Shown here: positions 20,057 to 28,837 of the stretch, in pieces
How the letters are laid out: every line of letters starts with the position of its first letter
Position numbering within the stretch: the stretch's first letter is position 1
NCBI GenBank assembly: GCA_965230295.1
Contig: OZ246001.1
Coordinates: 2,432,001-2,496,000, forward strand
DNA length: 64,000 nt
Direction: 5' to 3'
DNA from: Marinicella sp.
Lineage (GTDB): Bacteria > Pseudomonadota > Gammaproteobacteria > Xanthomonadales > Marinicellaceae
Program-made: the position numbers and the translations under genes
Notes under the pieces: model-generated
The model's input: the letters and a program-made list of their open reading frames with translations, nothing else
Databases searched by the model: none
Told to the model about the DNA's origin: nothing

Positions 20057-20941
20057 ATGAAAGTCCCGAAATTGGAAATACATAGGGTTGATAACCCGGT
20101 TGAATACCAGGCTTTGATGGCCAATAAAAAATCAGAGTTACTTGATTTGATGGCAGAAGAGGAATCTTTAACCCTTTTATTGAACGAGCAACACGGAGCC
20201 GTGTATACGGAAGCCATGTGCTGGCCGTTAAAGAAGACCTCCAGGTTCCTCATTGATTGGCAATACAGTGTGCCTGGAAAAGTTAACTGGCGGGAGCGGC
20301 TGGTATGTCAAAATACACGATTAAACAACCGCATCAGAGGCGCCATTCACGTGTTTGAGCAGCATTGTTTACCCGATCACCTGGATCAAATCTATCTGAC
20401 AGAACAACACACAGTGTTGTTTAAGTGGTTCAGAAAAAATTACCCCAATGCCTGTGGCAGTGAATATCTGGACGGTGCCAATGGTTTTAGCCGCCTCAAA
20501 TTCAAAATCAGGTTATTTCCCACCAAACTGGTCCATCAAGATTTAACCAGTTTGTCTTACCCGGAAGATGCTTTTGATTTTGCCTTGTCGTTTGACTGCT
20601 TTGAGCACATCCCGGAATATCAGCAGGCACTGTCCGAGTTGGCTCGAGTGATCAAGCCGAAAGGTCGGTTGTTGTTTTCAGTGCCTTTTGATCCGTCTGC
20701 AGCCAATACCTTGATCCGCGCCACAATGAATGCTGACCAGACGATCACCCACCACACCGAACCTGAGTACCACGGAAATCCGGTATCTAAACAAGGGAGC
20801 CTTAGTTACTATACGTTTGGTTGGGAATTATTGGATCAACTAAAAGATGTCGGCTTTTCAGACGCTTATGGGTTGGTTTACTGGTCCAGTTCTTATGCCT
20901 ATCTTGGAGGGCCGCAGTTGTTGTTGTGTGCGGAGAAATAA
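20057..20941 (+). CDS. Class I SAM-dependent methyltransferase (Methyltransf_11-like)
   Basis: QDLTSLSYPEDAFD...DCFEHIP...LARVIKPKGRLLFSVPF; EPEYHGNP. Confidence 0.75.
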   Translation: MKVPKLEIHRVDNPVEYQALMANKKSELLDLMAEEESLTLLLNEQHGAVYTEAMCWPLKKTSRFLIDWQYSVPGKVNWRERLVCQNTRLNNRIRGAIHVFEQHCLPDHLDQIYLTEQHTVLFKWFRKNYPNACGSEYLDGANGFSRLKFKIRLFPTKLVHQDLTSLSYPEDAFDFALSFDCFEHIPEYQQALSELARVIKPKGRLLFSVPFDPSAANTLIRATMNADQTITHHTEPEYHGNPVSKQGSLSYYTFGWELLDQLKDVGFSDAYGLVYWSSSYAYLGGPQLLLCAEK

Positions 20942-21240
20942 GCCGCAACACAACAACTGTAACGCCCTCAATCAACCTTGTTTTTTACATATTTTTCTAG
21001 CCAAACGTGTCATTGGGTTGCTCATTTCCTTCACCAATAATTGCGAATGAAGCATCATCTAAAATGGCATGACCTTGCGTAATCCAATCAATCATTGAGC
21101 CATGAAAATAAGGGGTATATAGTCATGCAAATGAATGACAATTAAAGTGAATTCAGAATTATTCAGGACTTTTCAGAACTGGAGTGGAGAAGGCTCATTA
21201 TGATGAATGCCACTGTATTTTGAATCGAGGAGTCCGCCCA

Positions 21241-22491
21241 ATGAAAGCCAAGTATTTATTGTTACTGATGATGGTTAAACCTTTATCAGCTGCAGAGTTG
21301 ACCATACCCAACACATTCAGCCCCAACACACCGGCCAGGTCCAGTGAAGTGAATGATAACTTCAGCGCCATTGAAGCATCAGTTGATGACAACGACAGCC
21401 GTATAGACACACTGGAAGGCTTGGTGGCAACCATGCAGTCTCAGATTGCAGCTTTACAAGCTCAAAATACCCAGCAACAAGCCACCATCAACGCCCTCCA
21501 AAACAACTCAGTCCTGGCTTTAGATGGGTTATTGACGCTGGGAACATATGATGGGTATGACACAGCCATTTTTGATGGGGTTAATGTGCAAGTCCTCAAT
21601 GGAGCAGATGTGAGTCCTAATGACACAGTGATCAATGGTTTGGGAAATTTAATCATTGGTTATAACTGGGACAATGTGGTGCTACCTGGCGCTTTTTGTT
21701 CCAATGGCCAATATGACGACCAAACAGACTGCCAAAACAATGGCCATATCTGGGGCGCTCACCAGCATTCCGGTTCGCATAATCTGGTCATGGGGACCGG
21801 CAACTCCTACGTTTCAGGTGGTGCCATTGTGGCTGGGAAATTCAATATTTCAAACAGCAGTTATGGCAGTGTTTTGGGTGGCTCTACCAATCGAGTCAGG
21901 GATGTTGATTCAGTGATTGTGGGTGGGTCGCAAAATTTAATCTCCGAAGATGATGCGGTGATTCTGGGAGGTAAGGACAACACAGTTGATGGCAACCACG
22001 GCACCATCGTAGGGGGTGAAGACAATGTGGTCAGTGGCAGTTATGCCAGTATCACCAGCGGTTATCAAAATCAGGCAACGGCCAGTCGGTCCAGCGTCAC
22101 TGGTGGCCGGCAAAACCAAGCCATACAAGCCTACAGCAGCGTCCATGGTGGTTTTGCTAATACGGCAAGTGGCAATTACACTGCAGTTTCAGGTGGCAGA
22201 GACAATGTTGCCTTTGGCCAATACGCGGTGGTCAGTGGTGGTTGGGAGAATACGGCCCAAGGTGAGTACAGCGCCATTCTGGGTGGTGAAAACAACACGA
22301 CCAATGGCAGACAGTCGGTGATTACAGGCGGTTTCATTAACATTACAGGCGTGTCTGCTACCTGGTCTTCGGTCACTGGTGGCAGGTCTAACCAAACCAT
22401 TGGGACCGAATCAACCGTCAGTGGCGGGTTCAATCGCGATGCCTTTGGTAGTGCCGATTGGGTGGCAGGATCTTTGTTCGAAGATGACTGA
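21241..22491 (+). CDS. Secreted fibre/adhesin-like protein with a coiled coil and 14-residue Gly-rich repeats
   Basis: GAGGAG RBS, signal peptide, TIPNTF...ARSSEVNDNF start, heptad segment, then more than 10 tandem S-V/I-x-G-G-x-x-N-x-A-x-G-x-x repeats. Confidence 0.8.
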   Translation: MKAKYLLLLMMVKPLSAAELTIPNTFSPNTPARSSEVNDNFSAIEASVDDNDSRIDTLEGLVATMQSQIAALQAQNTQQQATINALQNNSVLALDGLLTLGTYDGYDTAIFDGVNVQVLNGADVSPNDTVINGLGNLIIGYNWDNVVLPGAFCSNGQYDDQTDCQNNGHIWGAHQHSGSHNLVMGTGNSYVSGGAIVAGKFNISNSSYGSVLGGSTNRVRDVDSVIVGGSQNLISEDDAVILGGKDNTVDGNHGTIVGGEDNVVSGSYASITSGYQNQATASRSSVTGGRQNQAIQAYSSVHGGFANTASGNYTAVSGGRDNVAFGQYAVVSGGWENTAQGEYSAILGGENNTTNGRQSVITGGFINITGVSATWSSVTGGRSNQTIGTESTVSGGFNRDAFGSADWVAGSLFEDD

Positions 22492-22504
22492 TTCGGAGCT
22501 GATC

Positions 22505-22921
22505 ATGAACTTAAAGACTAAAATAATCATGGGTATGTGCTTGATGGTTTCCGTGGGTACCTCAATGGCCAATGACTTGATTTTTAAAACCGGGTTTGAA
22601 AACCAATACGCAATCGGTGGTCAGGTGAATGGTTTAACATCTTCACCTTTGGTGTTGGAATTGATCAGTGTTTCAGGGCCTGATGAGGTCACGATAACAA
22701 CAGATGGCACCTTCTACTTTGAGCTTTTGGTCAGTGCAGGCCATGCATGGCGGGTGGAATTGAAATCGTTGCCCAGCCAACCCGGGCAACAAAGCTGCCA
22801 ATTAAGTAACAATTCCGGTAGCGCTTTGCCTGTGGGCGGGGTGAATGATGTCAATATCAATTGCCAAAACCAGGCTTGGGACTGGGATGTGATGGATTGG
22901 GATCAGGGTGGTTGGAACTAG
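22505..22921 (+). CDS. Small secreted protein with an N-terminal DLIFxxGFE tag, one Ig-like repeat and a Trp-rich tail
   Basis: GGAG RBS, signal peptide ending SMA-NDLIFKTGFE, DGTFYF...QP..Q.C...N.SG repeat, tail WDWDVMDWDQGGWN. Confidence 0.75.
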   Translation: MNLKTKIIMGMCLMVSVGTSMANDLIFKTGFENQYAIGGQVNGLTSSPLVLELISVSGPDEVTITTDGTFYFELLVSAGHAWRVELKSLPSQPGQQSCQLSNNSGSALPVGGVNDVNINCQNQAWDWDVMDWDQGGWN

Positions 22922-22992
22922 ATTGTTTATTCACATATTAATTCATTAATTCAAAAAAAAGTGTTTAAATTATTGAAATATATGCTATATTT

Positions 22993-23014
22993 ATATTGAA
23001 TATTTATTCAATAT
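22993..23014. promoter_or_regulatory. Perfect palindromic operator candidate upstream of the yjjJ-like toxin
   Basis: ATATTGAATA-TT-TATTCAATAT, just downstream of an extended -10-like TGCTATATT. Confidence 0.55.
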
Positions 23015-23028
23015 TGGTTGCAGAAAAG

Positions 23029-24357
23029 ATGAATTCACTTGAAAGAGTAATAAAAGTCTTACAATCAGGTTTTATTACGCAAAAAGAAATCAAATCAATT
23101 ACAAAGCTTTCACAAGCGACAATTTCTAGGTGTCTTAGGAAGTTAGGTAATAACTTATTGTTGTTGCCTAATTCAAGTCCAAAGAAATATGCTTTGCCTG
23201 ATGTTGTATTCGACACAGACGTTCCTTTTGGTCTTGTCGAAATGGATGAACATGGTAAAGAATCATTCCTTGGATATGTACATGCAATTAATGGAGGCAA
23301 GTTCTTTGTTAGACTGAATAGTACTGCTTCTAGATTGTACTTAGGAACAAAAAAAAATGGACTATTTGATGCTTTACCATATTTTTTGGATGATCTGAGG
23401 CCTCAGGGGTTTTTAGGCAATCAAATCGCAGAACAGCTTTCCAAAATATCTCAAGATTACCCCAAAAGACTTAGTTCTTGGTCCGCAAAGAATATCTTTC
23501 AATATTTAGTAGAATATGGAGATGATCTTCCTGGTAATCTAATATTTGGAGATGGAGTTTTTAAATCAATAAAACAACCAATTTCTCCAGTTAGCACAAA
23601 TAGTTACAATTTTATGTGCAATCAAATAAATGAAGGGATTATTGACCCTGGATCTTCAGCGGGTGGAGAACAACAGAAATTTACCGTATTCAATGAAGAA
23701 CTTAATTCTCATGTGTTGGTTAAATTTACTTCAAATGAAAACGATTCAGTTACTAGAAGATGGAAAGATATACTAATCACTGAATTTCATGCACTGCAAA
23801 CATTGATTGAAAAAAATATTCCAGCTGCAGAAGTTAGAATGATCGATAAAGATAACAGGTATTATTTAGAGACAAAACGATTTGACCGATTAGGCAACTT
23901 TGGGAGGTGTTCTATGTTTTCATTACAATCGATAGATATGGAATTCACTGGAATTGGGGATAACTGGAATGAAATATCGACAGAACTTTATAAGCTTGGA
24001 TTGATTTCTCCGAATGATGATTACTATATTTACTTTTTATGGTACTTTAGTAAGTTGATTGGTAATACAGATACCCATTTAGGCAATATTAGTTTCGGTA
24101 TAAAGGGAGATTCTTTTAGCTTGCTGCCAATTTACGATATGTGCTCGATGGCAATGGCTCCAAAACTAAATCAGCTAAAACCAATATCTTTCAATATACC
24201 TAGCATTAATGAATTTAATTTGAATGTGAATTATAAAGATTTAATTGCTGATGCAGCAATCTCATTTTGGAAAAGAGTCATTGATGATGATCGAATTTCT
24301 AGTGAATTTAAAAATTACTTAAAATATACAAATCCTATTAAGAAAATCAAGTCTTAA
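23029..24357 (+). CDS. yjjJ: HipA-family Ser/Thr kinase toxin of YjjJ (HipH) type with N-terminal HTH
   Basis: LSQATISRCL HTH, LPYFLDDLRPQGFLG, GSSAGGEQQKF, RFDR, IGNTDTHLGN, LLPIYDM; visibly more AT-rich than its neighbours. Confidence 0.88.
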   Translation: MNSLERVIKVLQSGFITQKEIKSITKLSQATISRCLRKLGNNLLLLPNSSPKKYALPDVVFDTDVPFGLVEMDEHGKESFLGYVHAINGGKFFVRLNSTASRLYLGTKKNGLFDALPYFLDDLRPQGFLGNQIAEQLSKISQDYPKRLSSWSAKNIFQYLVEYGDDLPGNLIFGDGVFKSIKQPISPVSTNSYNFMCNQINEGIIDPGSSAGGEQQKFTVFNEELNSHVLVKFTSNENDSVTRRWKDILITEFHALQTLIEKNIPAAEVRMIDKDNRYYLETKRFDRLGNFGRCSMFSLQSIDMEFTGIGDNWNEISTELYKLGLISPNDDYYIYFLWYFSKLIGNTDTHLGNISFGIKGDSFSLLPIYDMCSMAMAPKLNQLKPISFNIPSINEFNLNVNYKDLIADAAISFWKRVIDDDRISSEFKNYLKYTNPIKKIKS

Positions 24358-24444
24358 ATTAATTGTCATTTTAAGTTCCCTCATGTTTATATTTTATACA
24401 GGTCAAGTATAATGCAGGGTTTTGCATTATCCTTGAATCAACCC

Positions 24445-25380
24445 ATGGAAAATAACAACAACGAATTCCTCACTTTTCAGGACTTGATACTCAAATTACA
24501 AGAGTTCTGGGCAGCGCATGGATGTGTGATCATTCAGCCATTGGATTTAGAGGTGGGTGCAGGTACTTTCCACCCGGCCACTTTTTTGCGTTCAATCGGA
24601 CCTGAGCCTTGGAACAGCGCTTATGTGCAGCCTTGTCGTCGGCCCACTGATGGTCGTTATGGCGAGAACCCCAATCGATTACAGCATTATTATCAGTTTC
24701 AAGTGGTGCTGAAACCGTCACCCAAAGACATTCAGGAATTGTATTTGAAGTCGTTGGCGGCCATTGGTGTCGATACATTGGAGCATGACATTCGGTTTTT
24801 AGAGGACAACTGGGAATCACCCACTTTGGGTGCCTGGGGCCTGGGCTGGGAAGTGTGGCTTAATGGCATGGAAGTGACCCAATTCACCTATTTCCAACAG
24901 GTCGGCGGCCTGGAATGCAAGCCAGTGATGGGAGAGATTACCTATGGGTTAGAGCGATTGGCCATGTACCTGCAAAACAAAGACGGCATCTTTGATCTGA
25001 TCTGGGCAGAAACACCGAACGGCACAGTGACTTATGGTGATGTCTATCATCAAAATGAAGTGGAACAATCTGCCTATAACTTTGAACAGGCTGATGTGCC
25101 TGAATTGTTCAATGCATTCAATGAAGCAGAAAGCGCGTGTTTGAACTTAATTGAAAAAGAGTTGCCTTTACCAGCTTATGAAAAAGCTTTGAAAGCTTCA
25201 CACCTGTTTAATTTACTGGATGCACGCAAAGCCATCAGTGTTACCGAGCGTCAGCAATTCATCTTAAAGGTTCGTAACATGTCTAAACAAGTGGCACAAA
25301 TGTATTACCAGTCTCGTGAAGCATTGGGTTTTCCAGGTTTAAAGAATCAAGCTAAAGAAATTCAGCAGGAGGCGAAATAA
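24445..25380 (+). CDS. glyQ: Glycine--tRNA ligase alpha subunit
   Basis: [44 protein letters not shown]. Confidence 0.97.
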   Translation: MENNNNEFLTFQDLILKLQEFWAAHGCVIIQPLDLEVGAGTFHPATFLRSIGPEPWNSAYVQPCRRPTDGRYGENPNRLQHYYQFQVVLKPSPKDIQELYLKSLAAIGVDTLEHDIRFLEDNWESPTLGAWGLGWEVWLNGMEVTQFTYFQQVGGLECKPVMGEITYGLERLAMYLQNKDGIFDLIWAETPNGTVTYGDVYHQNEVEQSAYNFEQADVPELFNAFNEAESACLNLIEKELPLPAYEKALKASHLFNLLDARKAISVTERQQFILKVRNMSKQVAQMYYQSREALGFPGLKNQAKEIQQEAK

Positions 25381-25382
25381 TC

Positions 25383-27485
25383 ATGGCTGATATTTTATTC
25401 GAACTGGGTTGTGAAGAACTGCCACCAAAAGCTTTGTATGGCTTGTCAGAATCACTGTTCAATGGTGTGGTCAAACAGTTAAAAACGGCTGGTTTCAGCT
25501 GGGATGAGAACCAATCACGGTGGTTTGCTTCACCCAGGCGCCTGGCCTTTCAATTGAGCAACATATCTGAACAACTGGCTGATCAGAGTATAGAGAAAAG
25601 AGGGCCGGCTGTGGCCGCAGCCTTTGATGACGCAGGTCATGCCAAACCAGCTGCCATGGGTTTCGCCCGTTCGGTGGGTGTTGAAGTATCCGATTTGACC
25701 AGGTTACAGACAGACAAAGGTGAATACCTGGCTTACACCGTTACCGAAAAAGGTTTGCAAATTGATCAAGTTTTGCCTGAATACATCAGTCAATCGATCA
25801 AACAATTGCCGATTCCAAAACCCATGCGGTGGGGGAGCAATGATTACAGTTTCATTCGCCCGGTCCATTGGATGGTCTTGTTAAAAGATGGCGATGTGAT
25901 TCCAATGGAATTGTTTGGTTTACAAACCAGCAACCAAAGTTTGGGGCACCGTTTTCATCACAATGAATATGTATCCATCCCACACGTCAATGATTACGTG
26001 CAAGTGTTACAAGACGCACACATCATGGTAGACCAAGATCAGCGGGAAAAGTTGATAGCCGAACAAGTCAAAGCCGCCGCTGCTTCCGTGGGCGGTGTGG
26101 CCAAAATCGGTGCCAACTTGCTGTCAGAAGTGGCCAGTATTGTTGAGAAGCCATCGGCGGTGCTGGGTCAATTCAGTGAAGACTTCTTGGCAGTACCCAA
26201 AGAAGCCTTGATTTCTTCAATGGAAAAACACCAAAAATATTTCCCGGTTGAAGACACCAATGGTCAACTCATGCCCTATTTCGTGGCTTTGGCCAACATC
26301 GATTCGACCAACCCAGCAGCTGTGAAAAAGGGCTTTGAAAAAGTCATCACACCGCGTTTGGCAGACGCCAGATTCTTCTGGGAGAAAGACCAAGCCAGAC
26401 CTTTGACCGATAACATCCCATTGTTGGAAAAAATGGTGTTTGAAAAGTCGTTGGGTTCCTATAAAGATAAATCAGATCGAGTTGCTACACTACTGCGGTG
26501 GATTGCGCCTAAACTAAAGTTCGACAATACAGAAAGTAATGAAGCTGCGACCTTGATGAAATGTGACTTGATGTCAGATATGGTCGATGAATTTCCTGAT
26601 TTACAGGGACTGATGGGAGGGTATTATGCAAAAGCTCAGAGTGATAACGGTACTCATCCTGTCAGCGACGATGTTTGGAAAGCGATTCGTGACCAATATC
26701 TTCCTAAATTTGTGGGTGATCAATTACCAGAAACAACTTTGGGGCAGGCATTGTCGATTGCCGATAAAATAGACACTTTATGTGGTATTTTCGCCGTGGG
26801 TAAAAAACCGAGTGGGTCTAAGGATCCTTTTGCTTTAAGAAGAGCTGCATTGGGTGTGATTAATATTCTGATAGATAAAGAATTAAATATCGATTATGAA
26901 GAATTGCTTTTTGAGGCAATTAAAATTGTTTCAGCACAAGTGACTGTTACGGATGAAACTAAAGAAGAAACTTTGATGTTTTTTAATGAAAGGTTAAGAA
27001 ATCAATTCGTAAACAATGGTTATTCACATGATGCCATTAGTGCAGCCAACCATGTCGGTACAACTACATTAACTAACCTTAAAGATCGATTGGATGCAAC
27101 AGAAGCATTCAAGCAGCAACCTTATGCTAAATCGTTGATTGAAGCAAATAAGCGATCAGTTAATATTATCGCAAAAGCCAATTTGGAAAAAAATCCTGCT
27201 GATCTAGCCCTCAATGTTGAGAAATTTGAATCTGAATTTGAGCAAAGACTACATGATGAAATAGCAAAAATTCAATCTGAATTCCAGACTTTGGTGAATG
27301 ATAAGGAGTATGGAAAAGGATATGAGTTGCTGTCATCTTTGGCAGAACCGTTGGATCAATATTTTGAACATGTGATGGTAAATGTGGAAGATGAAGAAAT
27401 TCGCCTGAACAGATTGGTTCAATTGGCACATTTCAGCAAATTAACCAGTTCAATTGCAGACCTGTCACAGTTAGTTAAAAGTTGA
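25383..27485 (+). CDS. glyS: Glycine--tRNA ligase beta subunit
   Basis: ELGCEELPP, PMRWG...FIRPVHW, RLADARFF, GSKDPFALRRAALG. Confidence 0.96.
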   Translation: MADILFELGCEELPPKALYGLSESLFNGVVKQLKTAGFSWDENQSRWFASPRRLAFQLSNISEQLADQSIEKRGPAVAAAFDDAGHAKPAAMGFARSVGVEVSDLTRLQTDKGEYLAYTVTEKGLQIDQVLPEYISQSIKQLPIPKPMRWGSNDYSFIRPVHWMVLLKDGDVIPMELFGLQTSNQSLGHRFHHNEYVSIPHVNDYVQVLQDAHIMVDQDQREKLIAEQVKAAAASVGGVAKIGANLLSEVASIVEKPSAVLGQFSEDFLAVPKEALISSMEKHQKYFPVEDTNGQLMPYFVALANIDSTNPAAVKKGFEKVITPRLADARFFWEKDQARPLTDNIPLLEKMVFEKSLGSYKDKSDRVATLLRWIAPKLKFDNTESNEAATLMKCDLMSDMVDEFPDLQGLMGGYYAKAQSDNGTHPVSDDVWKAIRDQYLPKFVGDQLPETTLGQALSIADKIDTLCGIFAVGKKPSGSKDPFALRRAALGVINILIDKELNIDYEELLFEAIKIVSAQVTVTDETKEETLMFFNERLRNQFVNNGYSHDAISAANHVGTTTLTNLKDRLDATEAFKQQPYAKSLIEANKRSVNIIAKANLEKNPADLALNVEKFESEFEQRLHDEIAKIQSEFQTLVNDKEYGKGYELLSSLAEPLDQYFEHVMVNVEDEEIRLNRLVQLAHFSKLTSSIADLSQLVKS

Positions 27486-27490
27486 TTAAG

Positions 27491-27515
27491 TGGAGAGGTG
27501 ACCTGCATCTCTCCA
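27491..27515 (+). terminator. Hairpin after glyS
   Basis: TGGAGAGGTG-ACCTG-CATCTCTCCA; weak U-tract. Confidence 0.45.
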
Positions 27516-27645
27516 ATCATTTAAATAACAGATTAGGCTGTAAAAATCAGCCATAAATCCCCAAGAACATGCCTCCATTAGCTGGAATTGATCATGGTGT
27601 TATGTCATGATATGCCATCTATAATAATTATATAAAATAAAAGAG

Positions 27646-28596
27646 GTGAATATGGTGTTAAAGGTAGTCAATCAATCCAGAATGATTTGTCTGTTGGTGG
27701 TGTTTTTCAGTACAAATTCTGCGGCAAGGGGACAAGCAAACTGTGAGTATTTGCGAGACACTACCACACTGGGTGTAGAGCCTGATTATTGTATAGACAA
27801 CCCCTCCGAGTCAATCAAGTCACAGGCAACAGATTCAGTCCCTGATGTCGTTAAAAATGGAGTATCCGTACCTACCTCTTTTGGCTATGAATACAGAAGC
27901 ACAGATACCTTATTCACCCACCCTGTGAATGATTTTTCAACCCAAACAACCATAGGATCAATTCCTGATTCACTTCGAGCCATGGCTTTTAATGAATCAG
28001 CAAGTACTTTATATGCACTTGAAAATAATGCCAAAGAGTTAGTCATAGTTGACCAAATAAGTGGTGGCCTTACCACTGTTGGGTCATTGACCAATCTAGA
28101 TCCAGATGATGATTTAACCGGTATCGACATCGCTCCCGATGGGACCTGTTATGTAACAAGCAGTGATGAAATGACCAACACTTTGTATACTTGTGATTTA
28201 GCCACCGGAACACTAACAGTGGTGGGCTCCCAAACCATCACGCCATTTTTGGTTGGCATAGCCGCAGATTGTGAAGGTAATTTATACGGACATGACATCG
28301 CTGCTGACAGTATTTACAGCATTGACACTTCTGATGGGTCTGCCAGCCTCATTGGTGCTACAGGCATCAATGCCAATTTCACCCAAGATTTGACGTTTGA
28401 CCGCTATTCAGGCAACTTAATCGGGTACATTTATATTGAGCAAAGTATGAATGTATACGCGCAAATCGATGTTTGTACTGGCAACGCCACGCCAATCAAT
28501 ACAGATGATCCTTTGGGTGCTTATATTGGTGCTTCCAAAACAGACTGTGCATTGACTGAATTGATTTTCAATGATGGTTTTGACTCTGGTTGTTAA
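27646..28596 (+). CDS. Secreted beta-propeller-like protein with a C-terminal ELIFNDGFD tag
   Basis: GAGG RBS, signal peptide, repeated LY...D..TG..T.VG units, C-terminus ELIFNDGFDSGC. Confidence 0.75.
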   Translation: MNMVLKVVNQSRMICLLVVFFSTNSAARGQANCEYLRDTTTLGVEPDYCIDNPSESIKSQATDSVPDVVKNGVSVPTSFGYEYRSTDTLFTHPVNDFSTQTTIGSIPDSLRAMAFNESASTLYALENNAKELVIVDQISGGLTTVGSLTNLDPDDDLTGIDIAPDGTCYVTSSDEMTNTLYTCDLATGTLTVVGSQTITPFLVGIAADCEGNLYGHDIAADSIYSIDTSDGSASLIGATGINANFTQDLTFDRYSGNLIGYIYIEQSMNVYAQIDVCTGNATPINTDDPLGAYIGASKTDCALTELIFNDGFDSGC

Positions 28597-28837
28597 GGCT
28601 TCTTTAACATGAGAAAAAAACCGACACAAAGGCGTCGTTTTGGGGTCACAAATTATTAAAGTCAATTGGGTTTGGCTTGTGTGTTGGTCAACTTGAATTC
28701 AAATAGGTGTCGTGCGATTGGTATTTTGGTTGTGAACAAATACGATATTAACTGTCGTATTTTCAGAGCAATACAAAGCATGATAATGATTCTCAGTGAG
28801 ATTGATTCTTGATGAGTTATACGCATACAATGTGTTC

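Noticed and set aside
21780-22460. Periodic GGTGG-rich DNA as a CRISPR or tandem DNA repeat
   Set aside because: The periodicity is explained by 14-aa protein repeats; there are no identical repeats with spacers.
27559-27574. CCCCAAGAACATGCCT resembling the 3' block of the RNA element (15/16)
   Set aside because: An isolated match with no flanking homology; plausible by chance given how many words were compared.
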